Shown here piece by piece: positions 37,022-46,765 of a stretch of DNA of 64,000 bases. Below the pieces are notes generated by a model. The model was not told where the DNA came from and did not search any database. It saw only the letters and a program-made list of their open reading frames with translations. Position 1 is the first letter of the stretch. Each line of letters opens with the position of its first letter. This DNA comes from Lachnospiraceae bacterium (GTDB lineage Bacteria > Bacillota > Clostridia > Lachnospirales > Lachnospiraceae). The stretch covers positions 77,707 to 141,706 of the forward strand of contig JAFWLM010000015.1 of the NCBI GenBank assembly GCA_017511045.1, given 5' to 3'. The translations under genes and the position numbers were made by a program.

Positions 37022-38953
37022 TTATTTTGCCGTCTTATACGTCCGATAGGAGAAGAATGCTTCAGAATTCACTTCATTCGGATTTCTTGTTGCACTCAGC
37101 TCGAATGTGACACTGTCATTTGCCAAATCGTATTCAGTAACAATTGGTCTGCTGCCCTGACGAAGATCATCAAAGCCTGCATCCTTCATTGTTCCTTCAG
37201 GAACCATCGGTCCAAAGTTATCGACAACACCATGGAGACCCCATCCAATGACAACTGAGTTTTCATTATCATACTGTACACTGCCACAGTGGCTTGCATT
37301 ATGGTATTTTCCGGTCTTCTCATTCAGGTATGTTCCATCAACTACATCAGAGATCGCTGCAGTACCAGCTTCTTCATCTATCGTAGCTTTGAAGACTCTG
37401 GTCAGCGTTGCCGGATCCATTACCGTAAGGAACGGAGCAACACCTGTATGGTTATCAAATACACTGATTTCTGTATTTCCGGAAATGGTTCCGTCTTCAG
37501 CCTTATTCGTGTATCTTGCAAAGTGCTGGCCAAATGTCAGCGCCTGGAAAGCCGCGCCGTTATCATCAGTGCGTGTTCCTGCATACTCTTCATATCCGCC
37601 AAGTGTGCTTGCTTTTCCACCAAGGATCCACTCCAGCGCTCCGGTGTCGATATCAAACTGGAAGACTGCGGACTGGTCTCTCATGGAAACTAAGATCTTG
37701 TCAGCTGTTCCATCCGGGTCTGCTGTATAGTCAATGCTGTTTACATGTACATAATCCTGAATACCATCTGCGAGGGAGAACACTTCATTCTGTCCAACGA
37801 CAACATTCACGCCCTGATCTGTGCTTCCTGCATAATCGATCTTCTCAACTGCCGATTCATAAAGAAGCGGATAATCAGCTGTGTTTACTTCACTTACAAC
37901 TTTGCCGTCCTGAACTTCCTGCATAATGCCTGCCCAGACATAAGCGCTGTTTCCGCCATCGATTCCCTTGAGGCTTGCCGGAAGGTTTTCGATCAGAAGC
38001 GGGGTGTAGCTTAAGAGCATATAGTGATTATCACCCATTACCAGAAATTCGTGCTGGTCAAGATAGCCTGCACCATGCTTATGGTTTTCTTCTTCGTTCG
38101 CTGCCAGAGTAACCTGATCGATATCCTGATAGTTCTCATTCATTACCAGATAGAAACCTGATGAATATCCACCCTGTGCATTTCTAAAATCAGGATGAAG
38201 CTCTACAAATGCTGAATAGTACTGTTTATCTGACATTGTCTGCGGAGCAAAGTTTTCTACCATCAGTTCTTCGCCAACCTGGCTCATGTTTCTGTAATAG
38301 ATAAGTTCGCCAGCTGTATTAACACGGACAAAGAATTTATCCAATGCGAAGGAATATACGCCTGCGTTGTCAGCTGCCACGCCGTCACCGATGATTTCAA
38401 ATGCCGGGAAGGTTTCCGGGATCATGTGGACTTTATAAACAGCTCCGCTTGCCATTGTAAAGGTAATAACTTCGTCCGCTAATGTTTTGCCGTCGATTGC
38501 TGCAGGAACATATGCAAGTGCTCCGCCTGCAACCGGAAGAGCTCCGTTCACGCTGCTTTCTGCAGAAGCGATTCCACCTGCAAAATTAATCGTGTTTCCT
38601 GCTACATAGGCATTCATGTAATAATCTGTGGTGTTTGCAGCATCAATAGATGGGATGATCATAACACCAGTGGCTCCATTGGCGTCTGCTGCAGTAAGTT
38701 CAATTGCTGCTGCCTGCGGCACCATAGCTACAGCTGCCATCTCCGAAGCGATCTGATCTGTGTAATCAAAAAAGATATTTGCATAATCAATATCATCGAT
38801 ACTGCAGGTGATCACTGCGGTCGGTGCCACAGCTGCACTGCCTGCACTTCCTGCACTGCCTGCAGGCTGCTGGGAACCGCATCCAACCAGAACGCCAGCC
38901 AGAGCTGTCGCTGCTACTGTTGCTGCTGCGTAACGTAAAAATCTGTTTTTCAT
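37022..38953 (-). CDS. arylsulfotransferase (ASST)-family-like lipoprotein
   Basis: Lipobox LVGCGS, a beta-propeller-like repeat pattern, and DYVHVNSIDY, which resembles the ASST D-x-x-H-x-N-S motif. ATG 38953 follows AGGAGG. Confidence 0.45.
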   Translation of the reverse strand: MKNRFLRYAAATVAATALAGVLVGCGSQQPAGSAGSAGSAAVAPTAVITCSIDDIDYANIFFDYTDQIASEMAAVAMVPQAAAIELTAADANGATGVMIIPSIDAANTTDYYMNAYVAGNTINFAGGIASAESSVNGALPVAGGALAYVPAAIDGKTLADEVITFTMASGAVYKVHMIPETFPAFEIIGDGVAADNAGVYSFALDKFFVRVNTAGELIYYRNMSQVGEELMVENFAPQTMSDKQYYSAFVELHPDFRNAQGGYSSGFYLVMNENYQDIDQVTLAANEEENHKHGAGYLDQHEFLVMGDNHYMLLSYTPLLIENLPASLKGIDGGNSAYVWAGIMQEVQDGKVVSEVNTADYPLLYESAVEKIDYAGSTDQGVNVVVGQNEVFSLADGIQDYVHVNSIDYTADPDGTADKILVSMRDQSAVFQFDIDTGALEWILGGKASTLGGYEEYAGTRTDDNGAAFQALTFGQHFARYTNKAEDGTISGNTEISVFDNHTGVAPFLTVMDPATLTRVFKATIDEEAGTAAISDVVDGTYLNEKTGKYHNASHCGSVQYDNENSVVIGWGLHGVVDNFGPMVPEGTMKDAGFDDLRQGSRPIVTEYDLANDSVTFELSATRNPNEVNSEAFFSYRTYKTAK

Positions 38954-39042
38954 TTTTCTCCTCCTGATTAATGATTTAAAAACATCGGACATACTTTGTT
39001 TATGCTTTGATTGTATTTGTAAAAGAAGGATTCCGCCAATAC

Positions 39043-39082
39043 ATAAAAATTACCAGGGCATAACCAAAAGTTATGCCCTGGT
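39043..39082 (-). terminator. intrinsic terminator after the XRE-family gene
   Basis: 13 bp stem ACCAGGGCAUAAC / GUUAUGCCCUGGU followed by AAUUUUUAU. Confidence 0.6.
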
Positions 39083-39115
39083 ATTCAGAGTTGTTCCTGC
39101 TATCTGTTTTTGATC

Positions 39116-39553
39116 TTATTTTGTGAAATACTCGATCGCGCTTCCGAGCAGAGTCCCGATGCCGTCGCTCAGTTCATCGATCGTCGCACTCTTTTGCAGA
39201 AGCTCCATCGCTTTTTTCTTGGTGGAGGCATCTGCCTTGCGATACAGTTCAACGAGTTTCCTTTCAGTAGAAGATACTTTCATGCTTCCTTTGGTTGTTG
39301 TTCCGGAGGAACCGCTTGAAGAAGAACTGTTTTTGTAGCTGCTGGAAGCTGCGGCATCTGTTAAAGATTTCTGCGTCACTCCTGTGGCTTTAGCAATCTG
39401 TTTTAACTGTTCGTTGGTAAGTCGAATCTCTCCGCGCTCTGCTTTTCCGATATCGGATGTGCTGCAGTTTTTCACTTTCCGGGCAAGCTGCTCCTGAGTT
39501 AGACCCGCATCTGTTCTCGCTTTTTTAATCAAATTCCCAACTTTATTTGCCAT
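39116..39553 (-). CDS. XRE-family helix-turn-helix protein with Ser-rich linker and helical C-terminal domain
   Basis: HTH: IKKARTDAGLTQEQLARKV. AGGAG lies 8 nt upstream of ATG 39553. Confidence 0.7.
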   Translation of the reverse strand: MANKVGNLIKKARTDAGLTQEQLARKVKNCSTSDIGKAERGEIRLTNEQLKQIAKATGVTQKSLTDAAASSSYKNSSSSSGSSGTTTKGSMKVSSTERKLVELYRKADASTKKKAMELLQKSATIDELSDGIGTLLGSAIEYFTK

Positions 39554-39668
39554 AATGATCACTCCTGATTAATACACTTTTCGCATCACTTCTCTGTGGA
39601 GGCAACAAACAGCCCATGCTGCCTTCTCGCCCGGAAGGGCTCACCCTGCCGTTCCCTGTTTCCTTTTA

Positions 39669-40082
39669 CTACTCCGCTTTTTTATACTGCATCATCGTCT
39701 CGCAGAATTCCGGACAAGCTTTATCTGCGCGGATCGGCTTCCCTTCCATATTCACAAAGCAATGCGAAGACTGCCCGACACAGACCACTGTTCCGTCTTC
39801 TTTGCTCATTTCATATTCAAAGATCATCCGGACACCGTCAAAACTTGCAACGCAGGTTTTAATAAAGATTTCGTCTGAAAACGTCGTCGGCTTGATGTAT
39901 TTGCATTCCACATTAATGACAGGGGAAGCAAAGCCCTGTTTTTCCAGCTTAGCAAACGGCCATCCTGCCTGATCCAAAAAATTCACTCTCGCCTCTTCCA
40001 TCCAGCGGATGTAGTTGGAGTGATGTGTGATTCCCATTTTATCAGTCTCATAATACTGCACAAGATGTTTGTACGGTTCCAT
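39669..40082 (-). CDS. acyl-CoA thioesterase (hotdog fold, YbgC/4HBT-like)
   Basis: YYETDKMGITHHSNY is the typical 4HBT catalytic-region motif. Start at ATG 40082 after AAGGAG. Confidence 0.75.
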   Translation of the reverse strand: MEPYKHLVQYYETDKMGITHHSNYIRWMEEARVNFLDQAGWPFAKLEKQGFASPVINVECKYIKPTTFSDEIFIKTCVASFDGVRMIFEYEMSKEDGTVVCVGQSSHCFVNMEGKPIRADKACPEFCETMMQYKKAE

Positions 40083-40083
40083 A

Positions 40084-42501
40084 TCATTCTCCTTTATTGT
40101 CCCCATTATAACATAACAGTGTTTTGTTCGTCTTCCATTCACGGATTCTTTGTTTCAATCCTTCGAGATCCAGCACGCCGTAAGCAAAGCCTTTTTTCAT
40201 CAGACTGTCCGGAACATAGTCATCATACTTATCAAAGATCGGAACTTCATTTGGATAAACCAGTTCCAGCGGATCGATCGGTTTTTCTATCTCTTCGAAG
40301 ATCACCCGGAAGAATGTCTCTTTGTCCGCCTTCATACTGAACTGAATGTAAAACGGCCGGGAAGGATCAAGGTTTCGAAGTCCAAGCCGTGCCGCACATT
40401 TAATTCTAAGAAACCGCTCCATTGCAAGAAAGGCATAGGTTCCAAGCCATGGAAGCAGGCACCACATATCTCCGCCTAAATGAATCAGCACCTCTCTGTC
40501 TGTTCCTGCGCTGCGCGCTGTATAACGTGCCTGTTTCAATCTGGAGACAGCGTTGTTCATCATGTACGGATAGTTCTTATCTTCCTGCAGGACTTTCCGC
40601 ATGCGCTCCACGACTTTGGTATGAAGGTCTCCGGCACACTGTCCGAAGTAAGCCGGCACATTACCTTTCACCGGTTCGCAGTAGACCAGATGCTTTTTCC
40701 GGTCCACATCCAGCACCGTCCAGACACAGCCTGCGATCGCGATCTTTTCGCCCGGAGGCGGCGGAAGCACGATCGTTCCAAGTTCCTGTGATTCATTACG
40801 CACAGTAAATTCCTCATCTTCCCGGAACACTCCATAGAACTTGAAGGAATTGATCACCTGCTCTCCTGCAAGGCCGACGATCAGGCCTCCCCGTTCTGTC
40901 CGTTCGATATGATCGATCTCAATCAAATGAAGAAGCAGTTCTTTAAAGTCTTCCTGTGAAATACGGTGGAAGTATTTTAAGGTGAGCACCCTCTCTGCCA
41001 AAGCGGCTGGAGAAAGTTCTCCGGAAGAAGCCAGAATACTCATTGTCTGATGATACAGAAGGCTGAACGGAAGCCGGTCAAGTCTCGGAGGCTCTACCCA
41101 GCGTTCCTCTAAATACAGCTGTACAACCGCAATTGCCTGCAGCATTTTCCACGGGATCGTCGACGGAAGCATCGCCCGCATTTCCGGTTCATCCTCACGG
41201 ATAACAAACCACATCTCCGGCAGAAGCTCCCTTCTTCCAGTCCTTCCAAGCCTCTGCAAAAATGCAGAAACGGTCCACGGCGCATCGATCTGAAAAGCTC
41301 TTTCCAGGCGACCAATATCAATGCCCAGTTCCAGTGTCGCTGTCGTAACAGTTGTCTGCAGCTGGGAGTCATCTTTCATGATCCATTCTGCCGTTTCCCG
41401 AAAAGATGCAGACAGATTACCATGATGGATCAGAAAGCGGTCCGGCTCATGATTCCGTTCACAGTAGTGACGGAGACTCGTCGTTACCGCCTCGCACTCT
41501 TCTCTGGAATTCACAAAGACCAGACATTTCTTTCCTCTTGTATGTTCAAAAATATAGCCGATTCCCGGATCTGCATTTTCCGGTGCCGGGGGAACGACCT
41601 CATATTCATAATCAGCAGGCCCGTCCTCAAGAATCTCAGATGAAGGTACAAGGCTTGTACTATTCTGTGCCAGAACTTGATCTTCCGCCTTTGGCTCCCT
41701 CACAAATTTCTCTTCCGCATCCGGCATGATCAGCACCGGCTTCTGCGTTGCGACGATCTCGTCTTTTCCTTCTCCGGCCTGCATATCCTTGATATAGAAA
41801 TGTTCCATGGAAATCCGCCATTTCGTGCCTTTGGCATCGATCTTCGGAACGATGGTTTTTCGTCCGGTTCCGAGAGAAAGAAACTCTCCCACCATCTCCG
41901 GATCACCGATCGTGGCAGAAAGGCCGATCCTTCTCGGGTTCACCCCTGCAAGTCTTGAAAGGCGCTCGATCAGACAGATCGTCTGGCCTCCGCGGTCGCC
42001 CCTTAAAAGCGAATGCACCTCATCAATTACGATATAGCGAAGGTCTCCGAAAAGCTCCGGAAGCGCAGAATGCTTATGCAGCAGGATCGCCTCCAAAGAC
42101 TCCGGTGTGATCTGCAGAATCCCGGAAGGGTTCCTCATCAGTTTTTCTTTATGATTTTGCGAGACATCTCCATGCCAGTGCCAGACAGGGATCTCTGCCT
42201 CTTCGCACAGCTCAGTCAGGCGGTAAAACTGGTCATTGATCAAGGCCTTTAACGGACTGATATAAATGCAGCCCACAGATGCCGGTGGGTCTTCATAAAA
42301 CTCTGTAATGATCGGAAAGAAGGCCGCCTCCGTTTTTCCGGAAGCTGTCGATGCTGTCAGCAAAAGGTTCTCATCTGTATTAAAGATCACATCCCCTGCT
42401 GCCACCTGGATTGCCCTTAAGTTGTCCCAGTGATTCCGATATATAAAATCCTGCACGAATGGTGCATACCTGCTGAAAATGTCCATTGTTGATCCTTCCA
42501 T
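40084..42501 (-). CDS. sngC: Lhr/BrxHI-like DEAD/DEAH-box SF2 helicase (Shango SngC-like)
   Basis: Motif I TASGKTEAAF and motif II VIDEVHSLL (DEVH), followed by a long C-terminal domain. Start set at MEGSTMDIF (ATG 42501, with GGAG 8 nt upstream). Confidence 0.7.
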   Translation of the reverse strand: MEGSTMDIFSRYAPFVQDFIYRNHWDNLRAIQVAAGDVIFNTDENLLLTASTASGKTEAAFFPIITEFYEDPPASVGCIYISPLKALINDQFYRLTELCEEAEIPVWHWHGDVSQNHKEKLMRNPSGILQITPESLEAILLHKHSALPELFGDLRYIVIDEVHSLLRGDRGGQTICLIERLSRLAGVNPRRIGLSATIGDPEMVGEFLSLGTGRKTIVPKIDAKGTKWRISMEHFYIKDMQAGEGKDEIVATQKPVLIMPDAEEKFVREPKAEDQVLAQNSTSLVPSSEILEDGPADYEYEVVPPAPENADPGIGYIFEHTRGKKCLVFVNSREECEAVTTSLRHYCERNHEPDRFLIHHGNLSASFRETAEWIMKDDSQLQTTVTTATLELGIDIGRLERAFQIDAPWTVSAFLQRLGRTGRRELLPEMWFVIREDEPEMRAMLPSTIPWKMLQAIAVVQLYLEERWVEPPRLDRLPFSLLYHQTMSILASSGELSPAALAERVLTLKYFHRISQEDFKELLLHLIEIDHIERTERGGLIVGLAGEQVINSFKFYGVFREDEEFTVRNESQELGTIVLPPPPGEKIAIAGCVWTVLDVDRKKHLVYCEPVKGNVPAYFGQCAGDLHTKVVERMRKVLQEDKNYPYMMNNAVSRLKQARYTARSAGTDREVLIHLGGDMWCLLPWLGTYAFLAMERFLRIKCAARLGLRNLDPSRPFYIQFSMKADKETFFRVIFEEIEKPIDPLELVYPNEVPIFDKYDDYVPDSLMKKGFAYGVLDLEGLKQRIREWKTNKTLLCYNGDNKGE

Positions 42502-42529
42502 TTTATAAACTCCGGGATGCTTCGCAGCA

Positions 42530-43843
42530 CTACAGTGTGAACTCTGCAAACTCTTCCGCAGTCTCCTGCTCTGAGATCTCATCCTTTGCATAGGTAAATG
42601 CATCGGAGCCTAAAAGTTCCGCCACTTTGATATTCGGATTCTGCATTACGATATCCAGCACTTCAATAAAATCTCTGGTCACCTCCCGCGGTGTTATATG
42701 GGCATCCGCCCCGATCCGTCCGAATTCGATTTTGATAAAGTCCACCATATCCTGTTGGGTGACGATCTGTTCATAGTCATAAAGCTGTGCATGAATGTCA
42801 GCCAGCTTTTCCGTCAACACCAGCATCTCCTCATAAGTCAGCGGCACCAGGCGGATGACCGGAGACAAGAGGTCTTTATGTTCCCCACTGAAATGTCCCT
42901 GCGCAAGGCGCGATCTTAACGCTTCATAGCTATAGACTCCGCGTCTGGTATCCTCCATGCTCTGAGGAGTTCCGCACATGATCACTCCGAGATAAGAAGC
43001 CTTACCCTGAAGCGCATCATTATACATTGTCAGTATTTTTTCATAGTTATACTGCCGCGTGATCGCATTCGGGATCTTGTAGATATTCACGAGCTCATCG
43101 ATCAGGATCAGCATCCCCGCATAGCCGGCCTGACGGAGGAAATATGCAAAGATCTTCAGATACTCATACCAGTCGTCATCCGTAATAATAATGTTAACGC
43201 CAAGTTCCGCTTTCGCCTCGGTCTTTGTACTGTATTCGCCGCGGAACCATTTAACGACCTGCGCTTTTTTTTCTTCATCCCCCGTCATATATGATCTATA
43301 GTAGAGGGATAGAAGCTTTGCAAAATCAAAGCCATGAACCAGTTCGTTCAAGGAGAAAATGACCTCATTGATTTTCTTTTCTACAGCTCCGCCCAAAGCA
43401 GGATCGTCTGCGGAAAGGCCGGCCTCCTGCATGGTCTGCTGCTGGATATTACTGATCCAGCGGTCAAGGATCAAGGTCAGTGCGCCGCCCTCCGGTTTTG
43501 TTTTCGTTGACATATTCCGAACCAGCTCTTTATAGGTTGCCAGCCCCTGTCCGCGGGTTCCCTGAAGACGCCGCTCCGGAGAAAGGTCTGCATCTACAAC
43601 GACAAAGTTTTTCGCCATAACATAGTTCCGGATCGTTTGAAGAAGAAAGCTTTTGCCGCTTCCGTATTTTCCCATAATGAAGCGGAATGTCGCACCGCCT
43701 TCTTCGATCATATCCACATCTTTCAGAAGAGCATCGATCTCCGCTTTCCTGCCAACCGTTACATACGGCAGTCCGACACGCGGCACTACGCCGCCCTTCA
43801 AAGAGTTGATCAATATCTGTGCAATTCGTTTTGGTATTTTCAT
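42530..43843 (-). CDS. sngB: DUF2791 / BrxD-like P-loop ATPase (Shango SngB-like)
   Basis: Walker A GKYGSGKSFLL, Walker B-like LILIDELV. ATGA overlap with the upstream gene. Confidence 0.7.
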   Translation of the reverse strand: MKIPKRIAQILINSLKGGVVPRVGLPYVTVGRKAEIDALLKDVDMIEEGGATFRFIMGKYGSGKSFLLQTIRNYVMAKNFVVVDADLSPERRLQGTRGQGLATYKELVRNMSTKTKPEGGALTLILDRWISNIQQQTMQEAGLSADDPALGGAVEKKINEVIFSLNELVHGFDFAKLLSLYYRSYMTGDEEKKAQVVKWFRGEYSTKTEAKAELGVNIIITDDDWYEYLKIFAYFLRQAGYAGMLILIDELVNIYKIPNAITRQYNYEKILTMYNDALQGKASYLGVIMCGTPQSMEDTRRGVYSYEALRSRLAQGHFSGEHKDLLSPVIRLVPLTYEEMLVLTEKLADIHAQLYDYEQIVTQQDMVDFIKIEFGRIGADAHITPREVTRDFIEVLDIVMQNPNIKVAELLGSDAFTYAKDEISEQETAEEFAEFTL

Positions 43844-45393
43844 GAAATAAGTCCTTTCAATTCCTCTGCATAGTCCTCCACCAATGTCGGAGGATTCCCA
43901 TTTTCAATAACAATATCTCCAATCTCATCAAAGAGCTTCTCATTAACGCTGTCCACGATAACGGACATTATTTTTCCATTCAGATTTACATGTTGCGGAT
44001 CTTCTTTATCCAGCAAACATCGGACAAGTGCATCTTCTTCCGGACTCAGCCATTCCGGATGGTCTTCTTCAGTCACTGGCTCATATACTTCCTCCAGATC
44101 CAGCTCATCCTCCGTCATCAGTTTTTCCATGGTATTCGCTGCATCACTTCGAATATGTTCAAGAGATGAAAAATCGATCTCGACCCTTCTGGCCTTTTCT
44201 TCTTCCAGTCTCTGCCTGCAGTCCCTGACAGCTTTACAGATCAGTTTCCGTATCCACTTGGTCTGAAGCCCTGCAAGTGCTGCTTCCTTATCTCCCTCTT
44301 CTTCCCGTATCACCGCGTCGATCGTTTTCAGAAGATCTGCAAATTTCCGGTTTCTGTAATCACGCGGATACATCTTTACCGACCACCTGCCATGTTCATA
44401 GTGATATGTCGTGATATCACTTAGCTTCACTTCTTTGACCGGATCATTTTTATTATCTGTCAGTAATTCGTTTACCCATCGATACTTGCTGCGGAAATCA
44501 GGTCTTAAGTCTGTGTTCCTGTTATTTCTTTCCTGCTTATCATGAAAGACTGCTCCTGCAAAAAAACGAACCGGTTGATTGATCGGAAGACCCACATAAT
44601 CCTCTAAAAAACTTGTCTTTCGATGAGCTTTATAATATCCGCACATCTCTTGAAAAACATCTTCCGTTACACGCCGGAACAGTTCCGCATCTGCTGAATA
44701 GGCAGGCAATTCTTTCGCATCGATTCCGGAAATAAAAAAGACAGCTTTAAGAAACGAGGACCCACGTTGTAGCGTCTCCTGCGATTTCAGCAGTATCTCT
44801 AATGCCTGATCATAAAGAACGGATTTTCTCCCACTGAGCAGTTCCGGGTCCAGGTCATAATATAGAACATAATCGATCAGCCACTGTTCTGCATGGGGTA
44901 TGATAGAAGTATCCAGTTTTCCATAGCGTTCCGTAAAGACCAGCAGCCGGTAGAATCCTTGCAGCGGGGTCTTCACACCTATCAGGTTGATCAGTTCATA
45001 CATATAAATAAATGCGAATGCCTGCGGCGCTTTCTGGTACTCTCCCATCCGGATCTTCGTCCTCCATCCGAAGTATCCCCGAAGCTGTTCATCTGTCAGT
45101 GATTCATATGTCGGCTGATATGCCGGAATATCCCAAGTATAGTCATAATCATCTTCATAGTCTTCCATCAACTTTGCCTGCTGCCTGAAAATAACTTCTC
45201 TTGGCTGACGATATGCAGATACGCCACGTCCCAGTGAACGTATCGAACGGATACGTTCCGGAATAAAGACCACTTCTCTTCCTGCCTGTGGCGAAATGGG
45301 CTGATCCTCATAAATCAGAGACATGATTCGGTTGTAGTCGCTGTGATATCTTTTCATCTTCTTAATAAGCAGCTTAACATGTGGCTTTTGCAC
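43840..45393 (-). CDS. sngA: TerB-N / TerB-C domain protein (Shango SngA-like)
   Basis: TerB_N-like block YQPTYESLTDEQLRGYFGWRTKIRMGEYQKAPQAFAFIYMYELINLIG and an acidic TerB_C-like tail ending in VNEKLFDEIGDIVIENG. The start is uncertain (GTG 45393, ATG 45357 or ATG 45324), and none has an SD. Confidence 0.65.
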   Translation of the reverse strand: MQKPHVKLLIKKMKRYHSDYNRIMSLIYEDQPISPQAGREVVFIPERIRSIRSLGRGVSAYRQPREVIFRQQAKLMEDYEDDYDYTWDIPAYQPTYESLTDEQLRGYFGWRTKIRMGEYQKAPQAFAFIYMYELINLIGVKTPLQGFYRLLVFTERYGKLDTSIIPHAEQWLIDYVLYYDLDPELLSGRKSVLYDQALEILLKSQETLQRGSSFLKAVFFISGIDAKELPAYSADAELFRRVTEDVFQEMCGYYKAHRKTSFLEDYVGLPINQPVRFFAGAVFHDKQERNNRNTDLRPDFRSKYRWVNELLTDNKNDPVKEVKLSDITTYHYEHGRWSVKMYPRDYRNRKFADLLKTIDAVIREEEGDKEAALAGLQTKWIRKLICKAVRDCRQRLEEEKARRVEIDFSSLEHIRSDAANTMEKLMTEDELDLEEVYEPVTEEDHPEWLSPEEDALVRCLLDKEDPQHVNLNGKIMSVIVDSVNEKLFDEIGDIVIENGNPPTLVEDYAEELKGLIS

Positions 45394-45593
45394 ATTTGTT
45401 TCATCTATCCGTTTAGCCCATCGTTCTCTTCTATAGTCTTATCCATTATACATCTCCTCCTTAGTATAAGCAAACATTTGTTCGGCAAATATATGTTCGT
45501 TTTTTCCGCTCCTTCCTCTTTTCCAAAGGTGCCATTTTCCGAATTATTTGATATAGTAAATAAAAACTGACTTCATGAAAAAAGGGGCTGTTT

Positions 45594-46148
45594 ATGAACC
45601 ATTCTCCGAGACAGTTATCTCACTTAGACGGTGTGGAACAGGATTCCAAAAGACGCCGCGAGAGGAATAAAAAAAAGAACCCTGAAGAATCACTCAATCA
45701 GGGCCCAAAGACCATGAAATATATCCAGACAAAGCGCGAGCGAAGCATGTACCGGATCATTTACATAGTTTTCAGTATTGTAAGTTTTCTTTTGTCTGTT
45801 CTGGTTTATTTTCTGTCAGATATGACAGACGGATTATTAGGCTTGATCACGATCTGGGCTGCGATGGTCGTCGGAATTGCACACATCTATCGTACGACAA
45901 CCCAGCTCGTCATAGATGACGCCATGACAGAAGCAATGTATCTTCTGGCTGTTCGGAATTTCCAGCTGGTCAATCTCATCTATGCTGTCATCATGACAGC
46001 GGCTTCAGTAATCACGATCCTTCTGACAACTTCAGCATCCCCGCAAAAAACGATCAGCATCATTGCGATCATCCTCGCCTGCGTTCTCGCATGGATCATG
46101 CCGGTCTTGGAATTCCGGAGAAAGATCGAACCTTGTATTGAAAAGTAA
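45594..46148 (+). CDS. hypothetical membrane protein
   Basis: A charged N-terminus followed by four TM helices. An alternative start is ATG 45714. Confidence 0.4.
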   Translation: MNHSPRQLSHLDGVEQDSKRRRERNKKKNPEESLNQGPKTMKYIQTKRERSMYRIIYIVFSIVSFLLSVLVYFLSDMTDGLLGLITIWAAMVVGIAHIYRTTTQLVIDDAMTEAMYLLAVRNFQLVNLIYAVIMTAASVITILLTTSASPQKTISIIAIILACVLAWIMPVLEFRRKIEPCIEK

Positions 46149-46171
46149 TTTCATGACGTCTATGATTGCTC

Positions 46172-46657
46172 TTACTTCGACTCAAAAGCCTGCGGGCTGA
46201 TCTCAACATCCGGACCATGCTGAAAGTCTGTCAACTGATCGCATCCGCCGAAAGCCCAGGAATAGATTTTCTTAAGCCCTTTATTGCAGATAAATCTTTT
46301 CAAATTCTTACAGTCTTTAAAGGTAAAAGAGACAATACTATTGACCTTCTCCGGAAGCTCGATTTCTTCAATACCGCTTCTTACAAAAGCGTATCCCCAC
46401 ATATCCGTAAGATTCTCAGGAAGTTCGATTTGATGCAGGTTTTCGCAGCCGTCAAAAACAAAGCCTCCGATCTGTGTCACCGTATCCGGAATTGTCACAG
46501 ATATGATCTCACTATGCCCGGCAAACAGATTATCCAGAAGGATCGTGACCGGCTTCCCGCAGTAAACAGCCGGGATCTCAACCTCTGCCTCGTCCCCCTC
46601 ATAGCTTTGCACACAATATGTTCCATCTTCCGCATATTTAAAATAGAATTCCTGCAT
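46172..46657 (-). CDS. leucine-rich repeat (BspA-type LRR_5) protein
   Basis: Repeating units IPDTVTQIGGFVFDGCENL and LPEKVNSIVSFTFKDCKNL. Confidence 0.65.
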   Translation of the reverse strand: MQEFYFKYAEDGTYCVQSYEGDEAEVEIPAVYCGKPVTILLDNLFAGHSEIISVTIPDTVTQIGGFVFDGCENLHQIELPENLTDMWGYAFVRSGIEEIELPEKVNSIVSFTFKDCKNLKRFICNKGLKKIYSWAFGGCDQLTDFQHGPDVEISPQAFESK

Positions 46658-46765
46658 TGTCTTTCTTCCTGTCAGCTTTTATATTTAAAATAATCATAGC
46701 ATAGCCGTCCGGTGCAAACAACGATACGCTTGCCTTACGTTATTAAAAAAGGTATTCTTTATAAC

